A DNA stretch of 64,000 nucleotides from Raillietiella orientalis (Eukaryota): positions 1-64,000 of the forward strand of contig JAYWIR010000037.1 in the NCBI GenBank assembly GCA_036172245.1, given 5' to 3'. This document shows positions 23,471-42,399 of the stretch, piece after piece. The position numbers were made by a program, and so were the translations under genes. Position 1 is the first letter of the stretch, and every line of letters starts with the position of its first letter. Under the pieces are notes generated by a model that did no database searches, was not told the origin of the DNA, and was given only the letters and a program-made list of their open reading frames with translations.

Positions 23471-24878
23471 TAAAACTGGATATGCACACAAAAAAAAAGG
23501 ATTCTAGTTTGAAGGTGGGCAGTAATGATGTAGTTTTTTGGTTTGGAGGGGAAGCAAAAAATTGGGTTCCTATAAAAATAGTTGTCTTCAATTACATAAT
23601 AAACAAAATAAATGCATAAATAAACAGTTGCTACCTGCATCACATTTTGGGTTCATTACTTTCAGGCAAATTTTTATTTAAATTCAACAGATTCATTGTG
23701 CACGAATCAAAACAAAAACTTAGTTGGTTTTTGTTTTACTTCGGACAATTAGTTATGAGTATGAAGCAACTTGTGTCAACGTTCTGATCTTATCGAGATT
23801 GACTTCAGCCTCAGCCACTGATTGCTGACCGAGACTCAGTTTTCCCGAGAAGGAGACCAGAATGAGTCCGATAAAAGTTGAAGTAGAACGGATGCTCTTC
23901 GGCGCCAAATGACTTCTTTCAATGAACTGAGACTTGTCGGCTACGTTTTCTTCTCGTTGTACCCATTTATCTACAGAGCTTACATCAAGAGTGAAATGGC
24001 TTCTCTTCAAACTTTTCCAAAGCTCTTTTTGGTGAGGGATTTGTTGTGCAAATCAGTTTCCAGAACGTTGGTTTAGTAGTAAACTTGACAGTCATGAAGA
24101 TGGATTGAAATGCTAAGATGGAAGGAAGGATGTTCGCAAAATTGTGGTCTTATTCAAAATTTTGCTTGAGACTTCACTGAGGTACTGAAAGACCTCTGTG
24201 AAATAGGAAATATTTCATATGAATAGGAAATATTCATCTTAACCATTAAAGTAATAGTTTTCCATTTATGTTTTTTGACTGTCATTTTTTATCTCAGGTG
24301 ACAAATGGCAATGATCAAATGTATTGCATATTTATCTGAACTTGGAAAGAAAGAAAGACTAGTTAAATAAGGTTATTCTTCATCTTAAATCTAGCTGCTT
24401 TAGTATAGAGTCCTTTTTAGCTAGGATACACAGACTCAGTCCCAAAATTATAACCCAAAAGCAATCCCACTATGATGAGCAAGCTAATATGATCGGTATC
24501 CAAGTTAAAACACCAGTGAATCCCGATGTTGAACAAATATCGTTTTAAATTATCGTAAATGTCACCGAACTTCCTAAAATTCCTAAATTCTTTGCATAAA
24601 CAGTGAATGTATTTAAATTCACGTGTTCCCAAAAGTGGCGCATATAGCAAACACGCAGATGAGATGGTGAAAAGCTGAGAACCGTGCTTGGAAATTTTTG
24701 TCCGTCGTGTGTGTGTATTGGATGTGTTAGGATTTCCTTACATGGGAGAGTGTACAGAGAATTGGGAACTACATTACGTCTAGTGTTTGCGCGTGGAGAT
24801 GTGGTGATGGGAGCTTCACTTTGGTAAACGAATGCATAAAATAGTATACAGAAGGACTATCATCAGTTGTAGCAGTTG

Positions 24879-27284
24879 ATGGTTCATGTGATGTTACGTA
24901 ATTCTCCTGCAATAAGTGCAATCAGCAAACATTTTGTTTTTTTCTCAAGATTTGGATCATGCATATTGAGTGAAGCTCCTAAGTGGTTTTCAAAGGCCTC
25001 GGCATCTTACGAAGGTAAGGAATAGTATTTTATTCGTTGTTTATTTATCATTTTAAATTTTGCTTGTACTTAAATGACAGAGAATACATCCACCTCATTT
25101 GCCAGACCCAAAGATTCGCACGAAGCAGCCTCGTCGCACGTGGACGTACCGATAAGTTTGAAAAATGACTTGGAAGAGGTATCCCTTCCTCATTACCGAT
25201 TCATTTATCCAGGTACATCATCATAGTAAATTCCGCAACCTTTAATGAAGGAAATTTTTATAAGAATTTTTGCCTGATCCCAGTCCGTTATGGAGAAATC
25301 TGCTTCGAGAAAAACTCGAAAGAGGTGACATGTTGAAACGGAGGACGCGTATTGCAATTCCTGAATTTTACGTTGGTAATTTTTTTTCTTAGTTTTAATG
25401 TCGATCGGAAATTTGTACGTTCCTGTACATTGTTGTGCTCTTAATGTCATTTATGTAATCAGAAAATTTCACTCACCTTTTAAATTTATTTTGTTTTTTT
25501 TTCTTTTTGTTTTTCAGGTACTATCATGTCTGTTACTTGTGCAGACCCGTTTTCATCACATAAAAAAAGTAATTTTGTAGGAATATGTATCGCCCGTGGA
25601 GGTTGTGGATTAAGAGCATGGTTTATTCTACGCAATCATATTGAAAACCAAGGTTTATTTCTCATGTTTGTGTTATTTGTAGTTCTTATATCCTTCAGGG
25701 GTGGAAATAACGTATGAGATGTATAACCCCACCATTTTAGAAATTGAAGTGCTTAAATTAGAAAAACGTGTGGATGAGCATCTGTTGTATCTTCGAGATG
25801 CACTCCCAGAATACAGCACCTTTCCATTTGATATGGAAAAAGAAATTTTGCCACAAGGGTTTAAGGTACCTGTGAATTTCACAAAGGTTGGTACAATTTA
25901 ACTGTAGCATAAAATAAATAAAGTTGCTAGGAATGCAAGCTGTTGGGTTTTCTTTTTTTGCTATGCTGCGTTAAGAAGAAAAATAGTAAAATTGTTTTAG
26001 TTTCGTTAGAATAAATGTTACACCTGTTTGTAATGGCAAATTAAATTTTTGTAAGTTTAGGTGTAAAACATTTTACAGTGTTGTTGTTCGTGTAATTGAA
26101 AACATTTGGCCTTAAGTGATACCATTGTCAGTATCGTCACAACATATTTGACTTTTGATGCAAAAGCCTTCCACATATATTGGAATGCAAGAATAGTGTT
26201 AAAGATATCCCTGATGTACGAAACATTCACTGTAGACAAGTGCTTTCGGTGCTTTTCTCTACAAAAAAAAAAAAAAACGAATCCTAAATTGTGTTGATTC
26301 TTTCTTGGTAAAAAAAATAGATGAACTTGTCAATGGCGTACATATGCATGCATCCTAGTAAATGTTTCCTTTTTTTAGTAGTTTTCATTTCAGTCTTATG
26401 AAACTTTACTTACATGAAAGTTCAAAGAATTTATGAAGTGAAATTGTCGACTTATTCATTCTTACTTTCCTTCTGTTACTGTTATTTTAGTACAGCTCAG
26501 CATTGTGTGATTTTTGTTTTTTCTCTGCATTTTAGATGAGCAAGAGTAAAAGCGTAAGACTGTGTGTGAGTTTAAAATTTTTAGGAATTCTCCATTTATT
26601 CATCATTTGTTAATCATATTTCAAAGATTTATGGAAAATTTCGTTGACTTCTTGTCTTGTTTGATTTTTTGGCACTTTTAAGTATCAAACTCAAAGAGTC
26701 TGAAGATACCAGCCGAAAGGTTTTTGAAATTTTTTAGTTGATATGTCATTGATTATCATGAAACCTCTATGTACATTCAAAGAATAGTTAATCCTCAGTT
26801 CATTTTCTGGATTTTTGTCTTTAACATTCTTTAAGAATTCAACAGCTTGTAAGATTGTTACCTTACAAACTGTTCAATTCTTTAGTATAAGGGGAATTCT
26901 AATTCACTTTTATGTTTGTTATCCGTAACATAATGAAAAATCTCAATTCTCAAGGTGAAATTAAAGGCAAGACCCTGGTCTGAAAGGTGGGAAAGAGCAA
27001 AGCTGTATGGCATTGAAAATGCTGATGATTTAATCACTGATAAAATGAGGAAACAAGCCATGAAATTTGAAGACAATTACTCAAAATATGACTTGATGGA
27101 AGAATATAGGTAATGCACTTACAGCATAGAGTATTATTCAGTGTTCAATTTTAGGAATCATGTGCCTGAAGAGGTACAGCAAGAAATATTCAAAGAGATA
27201 GGTGATAGCATATCCAGGATGGGGATTGACAAAGCATTTGTTAAAGAAAGACAGAAGTTTAAGCCTCCAAAACGTATAATTTAA
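24879..27284 (+). CDS. MRPL19: Mitochondrial ribosomal protein L19, 7 exons
   Basis: Spliced translation: MVHVMLRN...[49 protein letters not shown]...[72 protein letters not shown]...[13 protein letters not shown]...[13 protein letters not shown] introns are in phase; TAA at 27282-27284; AATAAA near 27311. The start could instead be ATG 24891. Confidence 0.93.
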
Positions 27285-29500
27285 AATATTTGTATCATGT
27301 AAGTTCAAGGAATAAAGAATTTTTTATAGTTTCTACTCAAGATGAATTCTAATATGCTTTATTCAACTTTTTGTTTCATCAGCTTTGTTTCAGCTCTTAA
27401 ATCAATTTTTGTTTTGTTTCATGGAGCACTGATGAGAAACTGTATCACATGTAAACATGTTCTTTAAATATTGTGTTTATTGTAAATTCTTGTTTTTGTG
27501 CTTGTATTTTTGGATACTTGGATATCTATGTTGAAAATGCAAATGCAGTCCTGTATTATTGACAGCAACCAAATACAATACTTTTACTTAGTTGGTCTTA
27601 ATTATTTTGAAGTTGAAACATATTTCGAGTGTCACTGTTATCTTAATTATTTATGGTACACTTTAAGTTCATTAATTATTAGATTTTATTCAATTCATTG
27701 CAGAACACTTTTTCTGTCATTTTGTTAAACAAGATTTCAGGATGTGTTTACTCGTGATTTCCATGTTAATTATCTCCTTGGTTTAATTGAAATCAAATGA
27801 CAGTTGCTTTGGTTATTATTCCCAGCATATAGTGCAGTAGTGATCTGTGGAAATTGTCAAAATTCTTCACAACTTAATTCTAATAGTACTTCCTAATTGA
27901 TTTAAATGTAATCATAAATAGCAAATGATTATCTACTATTCAGATTAGTGGAGAAAAAAATGCCGTTTGCTTGTTAGCTTTCTTATCACATAGTAAAACG
28001 GTAGCCAGAAGTAACTAGTCATTTGACAGGAATAAAAAAAATCGTTGCAAGGTTTACACAGCTAGAAGTAGCATGTGACGAAAATTTCCTGACATGTTCT
28101 TTTTGAGTAATGAGAATTTGTAAAAACCTGTTTTACATCTTTTGCATTGCTTGTGATATCAGCACAAGAGAGATCCATGCCATTATCTTAAAATATGTGA
28201 TGTGTGATGTATGAATACAAAACAGAAGTAAAACGAATTGTTAATGGGAAGCTTTTTGTTTGCAGAATTTTAAGTTCATTAAAAAACATTGCTTGAATTG
28301 CTTGAATGTCCAAAAGCCAAGTTTCCCTAATGCATTTGGAGAATGAGGTATTCATAATGTGTGCTAAAGTTTTTTAGTCATAGCAGTTAACTCATTAGTT
28401 ATTTGCATTGAATTCTGTAATTAATTCCATTAAGGTTTTGGAATGCATATGAATGACCTCCTAAGAAAAATTTACGTTCAATAACATAAGTAGCATTAAA
28501 CAAGTAAAGAACTGAGTTGTATTTGTTTATTCAACAATTTAGCACCAATATTCGGGGGCAAAGAAACGTTACGGAAACTAATTACAGTGCTAATTAATTA
28601 TAAATGAGAATCATATTTGGACTTCTTAAACTAAATGTTTAAGGGTTTTCAGGAGTTTTCTGTCAAAAACCAAGCCCTATGATTTTATTCAGAGGCTTAT
28701 CAAACATGCAGTTGAATCTTTACAGATGAGTGGGAGATACTGAGAAACAAAATGAAAAATTAAGAAATATACATATGTATAATAAAACATTGCTTTTGTT
28801 CACTTGAAATAAATTACGAATTGAAAGCATAAGTAATGAAAAAATCATACTTGACTTGATAATTCCTGTTAAATTATAAATGAAGACAGAATAACGGATG
28901 GGCCAAATGACCACAAAGAACATTGTAGACATCGATCAGGCAAGCATGGATTAAAAACCCTCTTGCACAAACAAAGTCTATGAGAAAACTGCTATTTCCA
29001 ATATAATTTATCATTCTTGGGAAAAGTGATACCTAATCTTAGTAATACATCAGTTTACACAGTTTGGTCTTTTGAAGGTACGAAAATTGAAATTTTTCTG
29101 GCCAGTCCAATCCTTCACCTGCAAAAGTTCCAACAAATGAAATGCTTCCTTGTTACTAGCATTATGGTGCAAGAATTTCCTAAAAAGTGATTCTTTTATT
29201 TTTGTTCCCTGATGTCGACCTTATTGAAAACATAAATATGTATGGCACTAAACAGATGCATGTTTAATGTATATGCCGAACTTAACATCTCATAAACCAA
29301 ACCAACGAACAGAAAATCATGAATTTTCAACTTCTTACTGAAAAGAACTTTATATTCTAAATTATTTCTGAAGCATTTTTTTGTTCCAAAAAATCTTATG
29401 ATTTTTACAAATACACTTAGATATTACTCAGTTTCAAGTGATGAAATCAAACAAAAAAAATTGGTATGTTGAATGCAAGAATACTTCAAACATTGAGGGC

Positions 29501-30961
29501 TTAGGAGGCTTTTGATGCTTGCTTTCTAAGCAAAATGTATATCTTCTCTTTGATCCATTCTTTATTGTATGGTGCATAAGTGTGGGTGCTAGGCTGATAA
29601 CTGAAATTGTATGAAATATTAACAAAGAAACCAGATAATTACATTACTTACACTATACATGACAAATCACACAAATTATCAATGAAATCAAAAAGTTGAC
29701 TAATATCATATGTAATGCTAGCAGTACTTGGATGCATCCGTTTTAGATGTTCTTCATATATTTTACATACACCTAAGCTACAGTAGAAAACAGGAATGAC
29801 ATTCAACAGGTAACCAACCTTCCATGGCTTCATTGACAGACTCATAATCAGAATATGTACGTGTCTCTGGCTTGTTTCCAGGTTGTATTAAAAGAATCGT
29901 ATGTGACTGAAATTTTGGAATTAATACAGATTGCACAATAAAACATTAAACACTTATTCAGTGAAAGAACTGTACATATCCCTATCATTTAGATTATTTG
30001 GAATTGAAATCTCTCCAATATTAATCAGTACTCTCATTTACTTCATTTGATAAACTGGTATGATTGATTTACTAACATTAAGAAACTTACACAACTAATC
30101 ATGTTTATACAAATAACATATCAATGCATCTGGTACATTTCACACATTCATATTCTTCAATTGTATCTAGGTGCTGATTTGGTTGACATAGTATTGAAAG
30201 AATGAACAGTCTCCATTTTGCAAACTTTTCCATTTATATTGAAAGCTCCGATGGTACACAGTTGGAAAGGATATGAAAAATTAAAAAAACAACAAAAACC
30301 AAATACTGTCCACACAAAACAAACAACTGGATGGTTATTAGCTGTTCGAGACGTATTGATGCTGACGTATTTATAATACTGTCTTCATGTTCGGAAGAGA
30401 AGTATTGCTTAACAACATTTGTTATTAACCAATTATCTGACTACCTGATTCATTGGAAATTACAAATCATAAAATACCAAATGAAGAATTCTAACTGTTC
30501 AAAAATGCACTCATATGATTGGAGCAGTGCACAAAAAAAAAATTACACATAATTACACGTCCTAAATATTAAACATGTATAATTGTTTTTCAAATTCTTT
30601 TTAGCACGAAACCAATACGATCACCTAACAAACTACATATATCTACAACTTATGACAACTCGTTACAAATCTCTTACACAACACAGCGACACAGTAATTT
30701 ACTGTTATCAGGCTACATCAATAGCACAACCGTCATCACATAATAATGAAAATAAGATGTAGCGATCTGAAGACTTTCATTGTAATGGTGCCGATAAACT
30801 ATCTACCGCTATGGCTGAAATGAGTTGATACTTCCTCTTTCAGCTTGAGCAAACATGAATTCATATTTTTAAAACCACATTTTTAATACCTCCGTTGCTA
30901 CTTCACTAGATTAATTTAAAAGCTGGGTAAGATACGAGTGATAAAAACATCAGCTCACCAT
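29501..30961 (-). CDS. ERH: Enhancer of rudimentary homolog, 4 coding exons
   Basis: [103 protein letters not shown]. The ATG-only first coding exon is inferred at 30961-30959 (ATG|GTGAG); the next exon starts at 29906. Confidence 0.95.
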
Positions 30962-33900
30962 ATTGTACAGAATCCACAAACCCGTACAGCCGACCAGTCA
31001 CGTCCGAAACCAAATTGTATTTTAAATTAGAGAATCAGGATTGCTGCAAGCTTCGCACTTCCCAAACTCCGTGATGCAATTTTTCTGTATCTTGTACATC
31101 GAAAATTATTTAGAAAACCAGTATCAACACCAATATAACAAATTATCAGTTACTAATTTTAGTGAGAACTTTACTTCAACTTATGGAACAGAATAACCTT
31201 CTATAAGAAAAAAGAAAAGAAAAAGGAAACGAGCTGAAGAAAACAATTATTCGCTTCAAAATTTAATCATTCATATACATCAAAATAGGGAAGATTCTGA
31301 TTCAAAATGTATTCCTTCACTATTTCCTTTTATATAATCATATTTTTTGAAAATAAATAGGTCCCATAAACATAGTTGTATCAATTTATCCATCTAGACG
31401 TTCTGAACTGAACATTACAAAATGATGAGAGCTCAAATAGATGGTAAATCGAAGACAAAAAATACATCATACTCCTTTAATTTTGTTTCTTCCTCTTAAA
31501 TGCATCATTTCCAATTAAAATAATCCACTAAACTCGATGATTCTGAGATCTAAGAACAAAAGAATTACGATGCCACAGGTCGTTTTGTTCCCAAAGATAC
31601 TTCAAACATTTTTTGACTACATAAAAATCCTATGTTTTCATTGTGAAAAAAGTATAATTTAGAGCTTATTTATTATTTTTTATCGTTCCACCATCACATA
31701 TACATGAAAGTTGAAATCCATTCAAAATACTGTTTATAATGATTTCATTAATTGCAGAAGATTCTTGAAAGAACACAAAACGAAAACATTGCCATAATCC
31801 TTGTTACTTCCCATTGATGAAGATTTTCAACGTTTTCATTTGGGATAAATAATAAGGTTGGGTGACTTTTTTGTATCAAACTTCTGCGTTGCAAAAAGAC
31901 CCTTTGCAATAGCAGCCTGACAAAACATCTTTTATCAGGCAACAAACTTTCTGAACTTGAGTACTAAGAATGAGTATTTACAGTCAAATTCCTAACTAAA
32001 AATCTATGGAAATTATGGACCACGAGTGTGAATCGCTTGTTTCTATGTAGTTTGTCCTTTATTTTGCAGTAGGAAGATATCCTACAATCATTTCGTGGAT
32101 ATGTGAAAGCTAGAATTTTTATATTAATTAAGAATGAAGTGTGTCAGATTTCAGTCTATTTATAATATAGTATTAGTAAATCCTCAAATAGATATCGAAA
32201 CTAGATGAGATTAAAGATCAGTTTGTTTTAGATCATCTTTATTCATCGTCTCTCACTCAAGGGCTGCGAACATGAAAACAAGAAACACAGAACTGGAACA
32301 AGAAACAGAAAATGGGGATCTACACCAAGTTATGTCAAGTTTTGGAATTCTTTATTGCTCGTGTCCGTTCGCTAAAATAACAAAGATACCCTTATATTTT
32401 CTTTTGAAATGAATTTATTTTTGTCCATAAGGTTTCCAAAATTTTGTTTAATATAGTCTCAAATCTCCATATAAGTATTTTAAAGAAAGGTTGTCATTTT
32501 AAAACCTGTTTAAAAACTCAGCCATCTTTTTTAGATGAAATTGCTGTTTAGCCTGAACGGTACCTAGTTTTAATAAGGTGAAAAACTGAAGAATGCATCA
32601 ATTATTCCCTTAATATGTGAATGAATTGATACAAACAAGGTTTGGTAGAACATCTGCAACTTAAGTTAGAAGTTTTGCAAATATTCATGATTCTTTTTCT
32701 TAGCGAAAAGTTGTCTTAATAGATTTCATAAAAACTGTCGCCGGTTAGCACTTATTAGTCAGATTTTGCAGTTTGGTTGGCACGTGTTTGGAACTTTCTA
32801 AAACCTTCAAACGTTTATTGCTTAATATGATGCAACCCTCCTTTCCTTGCATGAGTATAAAGTGCTAATCAATAACTTTCTCTTTGTAGAAATAGAAGGT
32901 AGGTTTCGATCTATTCGTTAAAACCTCATCTTTTTTTTCCAGCAAATGGACCTGGAAAATGAAAGTGTAGGAGCCCAAACTCAATATGTAATAGTTAAAC
33001 AAACGGAAGAACATTCATTCATTCCACATCAGGACTGAAGACGTTGAGTTTTCTAAAAATTTATGACATTTTTCCAGCTTACCTTTGCCAGGGCTTCTAA
33101 ATCTACCGTCCCCTGAGGAAAATATATTGGATATCCTTGTGCTATATTTTTGTAGTCATCTCCAAGGATGCATGCATGGTGCTTGACTGACTCCATTTCA
33201 GATTTTCAAGAGTGATCATACTCACCTTTGGCAATTTTCCTTAATAGGTAATACAGTAAATAACGCACTATTGAAAGATATATCTCACACTTCTCATTCT
33301 CCAATTCAAAACTCCTGATTGTTCGTCTCATTTTCTGTTCTTTTCTGATGGCTGCTGCATTTTTAGATAATTGAGATTTTTGTTTTCTTGATTTTCAGAT
33401 AATTTTCCCCGGAGTAAGAGTCTTTTTAAGAACTCATGTTTTATTTGTTTTTAATGTCAAATGCTTTTCTCTCTATTGATAAATTCTATCACTTTATTAC
33501 ATACAAATAGGCATCCAAAATTCCGAGTTTAGCACTCCAGTACTTATGAAGTGATTTCGTAACCTCGGCTCCTATTCGTATTTCGTTTCCAAAAGACTTC
33601 ATTAATTAAATTTTAATAAGTACAGCAGTGATTCAGGATTCAGAGTCATCTAACTATAGATTTCAGTCTTAATCTCAGTGAAAATTTTTAAACCTTTCGG
33701 ATCCCCTAAACTTTGATAGATAAGATCTTAAGGAATTTTGCACTTCTAAGAGTATCTATCGTATTCCAGTGAACTGTAAAAAGTTCTTGGATTTTTTTGC
33801 AAATCTCAAAGCAGTTAATCAAAAAAACAAAATTTAAGGCTTCATGGAATGTGCAAATATGAAACTTCAGAAGCTAACTGAAACAAAATCGTAACTGTAA

Positions 33901-35681
33901 ACATTGTTCTTTCAACCAATCCCATCATAGGGATTTGAATGAAATAAAAACTTTGATATGCTCAAAGTACAGAACAAATTTCATAAGCTAAATTAGAAAT
34001 CTTATAGAGCACACTGTTTCACTCTTCGCCACTAAATAAAATATACAAAATTAATTTAAGTTTTCGAGTGATCTAACCAATGATCATTTCTGTAACTCGC
34101 TCAACTCTTCATAACTTTATACAAATGTGCAAACATGAGTCACACAATGAAATATATAAATTGGGGGAGCTTGAAAAGTGTAATTGAAAAGGTGATTGTG
34201 TTGCTGGAGATGAGGAAAACTCCGTTCATTCCAACAGTTTACAAATCATGATGATAAGATTTCTAGTAAAAATGTTTGATTGCAGTAGCAGCATTAAAAA
34301 CTTTTCACTTCTTTGTCATTAAATTTTCTAAATACTAAACTTTATTCAATATAACAACAAAAATATGTCTCATTCATTGGTTGATCTGCAATAAAGAAAA
34401 AGAATAAATGTTATTCAAATTATACTGCATTGTTTTGCTGCACTTTTTGATAGATAGGTAGTCTAGTGGTATCTGTTTCCTAAATTTTTCAGTTTTTGTG
34501 TTGATTTGATGGTTGCAAAGATTGGAGCAGTTGGTCGATGACTCCTGTTATCTCATCAGTGGTGATTTTTAACAGAAAAGTAGTATCTTAAAAAGGGTAC
34601 CCAATTCAGAAGCTCTTTTTCATTTAAGAATCTACTTGTTCTTTTTTTTTTTTTTTATTCTGATGCAAAGATACAAAAAAATGCTTAAATGAAGTTCCAA
34701 GTTCCATTTTTTTCACATTTCTTAATTTTTTTTTTAGAGATAATTCTCATCATAGTTGTAGGAGAAGTGACAGAATTATAGGCTTTGTCATCTTTGCAGT
34801 TATTTTAGTCTTGCACAATTATATTCTTCTGTACTTCCCTGATTTTCACTTCCCTTCACTGATTTTTTTCATTTCATAAAGTAAATCTCGAAATCTTGAA
34901 AATTTCTTATCTCTTGGAAATATATGAAATAAAGTCAAAATATATGCAACATGAATCCGAAGCTTTACTTGGATCTTCCACTTTGAAGTGTGTCTTTCTT
35001 GAATAACTTATAATATTTTGTATCAAACTTTTCAATTATGTAAGAAATTTATATCGATATGATGATGCATGTAAAATATGAGTAGAGGAAGAATTATATC
35101 TAACTAGGGATGGAAAAGTAATCTTTGGTTGAATAAATGTTAATTTTTTGCACATTAAATACGTTCAACCCAATAATTATTTCATAAGGAATGCATATTG
35201 GAAGAGAGATGATGCCTTATTAAATTACCACTGTTTTGTTTATCCATCAGAACAAATACTGGAATTATATGTTAATGCTATTAATAATCCGTGTTGTTTT
35301 AGAAAATAGCAGCATTGTTTGATATACCGCAACGGTAATTTGGCAAACTTTTATGTTTGGTTATCGCTGAGCTGTATTTTCATTGTAATGAACCCATAAC
35401 GTGAAATTACAGTCTACAAAAGAGCGTTTCGTATCAGTCGTTTTTGAAAAATGGATGTAAACAATGTAGAAGGACGAAATTCTAAGTGTATTTGATTCCT
35501 AATACCTTAGATATATAAAAGTGAAGCAAGTGATCGATGTATTTTAAGAAGGATTTCCTAATTAAGTGATTAGCTTGAGCTAACGATCTAAAGTAATGAA
35601 CTTTAAGGTTGCCATAAAAATAGTGCAGTTTATCCTGTGGTATTAGCATTTACACATTCAGAAGGTGTATAATCCGTGAAA

Positions 35682-41278
<5,597 letters not shown>

Positions 41279-42399
41279 ATGATTAAAAAAAAACGTGATA
41301 TTTAAAACCGTATTCTTTTAATGTTTTCATCCTTAACTGCAAATCCAGAATTCATCCTCCATTTTTGCATTTGTAATTTAAGAATGAAAAGAAATTATGG
41401 AACATGATGAGCTGTTTTATGAATTTAAATTTCCCAAAATTACCATGTGAAACAGATGTTTGATGGTGGTATTATAATCACGTGTAAATACAAATCCTTG
41501 TTGATTTAAAGCTATAATATAAGATATACAGTACTGTAATATAAAATGTAGTACATTTCGAAGATCTGTATAATATGCATTCGAATATTGGTTCATGGGT
41601 TTAATAAAACTAGTACGTGGGGATAGTGCCCCGGTTTCTCTGGAAACTTGTAGATGCAAACAGTTTTTAGAGACCAGTTTCCAATCCAAAGATATTTTAT
41701 CAAAAATTGTTTGGGGATCACGTGTTTTTTTAGGAGTTTTGTTTATCTGACAAACATCCCAGTGCCTTGATGCAAGTCTAAACAAAAGCCAGGAATGAGA
41801 GACCGGAACACGAGTATTCATCAAGAATTGTCGAGAGAGAGCTTGGGAGAGAGCTCAGCTTTCACATTCGTCTACGAATAATTTAAATGTCCAGTGGTAG
41901 TCTTGGCGTTTTTTTTTTACTGACGTACTTAAAGTAGGCATGCAATTCCAGGTAATTGTGCTCCTTTCCATACTTTTAACATTGTATTCAAGACTTTTCC
42001 GATGTTAAAATCTGCAAGCATGCGATCTCCCCTGTGCCTCTGCATTCCTAGTGAATAAAACTCATATTCAGGAATATGTTCCAAAAATTTAATATGGAGT
42101 GTTGTTCGAAGGCTTTCGAAGTCAAATGTTTCAGTTTTAAAGTCTTCTAACTGTTTCAAACTATGATCGCATGTTTCTTACTCATAGCATTAAATTAAAT
42201 GTGGAATGAGTCGTGCGTTTTCATCTTACAGTTAGAGAGACGTCTAAACTGAACATTTGTCACCACAATTTTGTTTTGAAAAAGTGTTCATTCGCTTCGT
42301 TACTTTTCGTCATTAAGTTATTGCAATTGTAATAACTTGAGGACGCAACATAGTAGATAAAAGGCAAACTATTTTTGTCACAGTTTCATATTCATTATC

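Noticed and set aside
23753..24010. DIRS-type RNase H motif (KWVQREENVADK)
   Set aside because: A single weak motif with no supporting RT or tyrosine recombinase sequence nearby.
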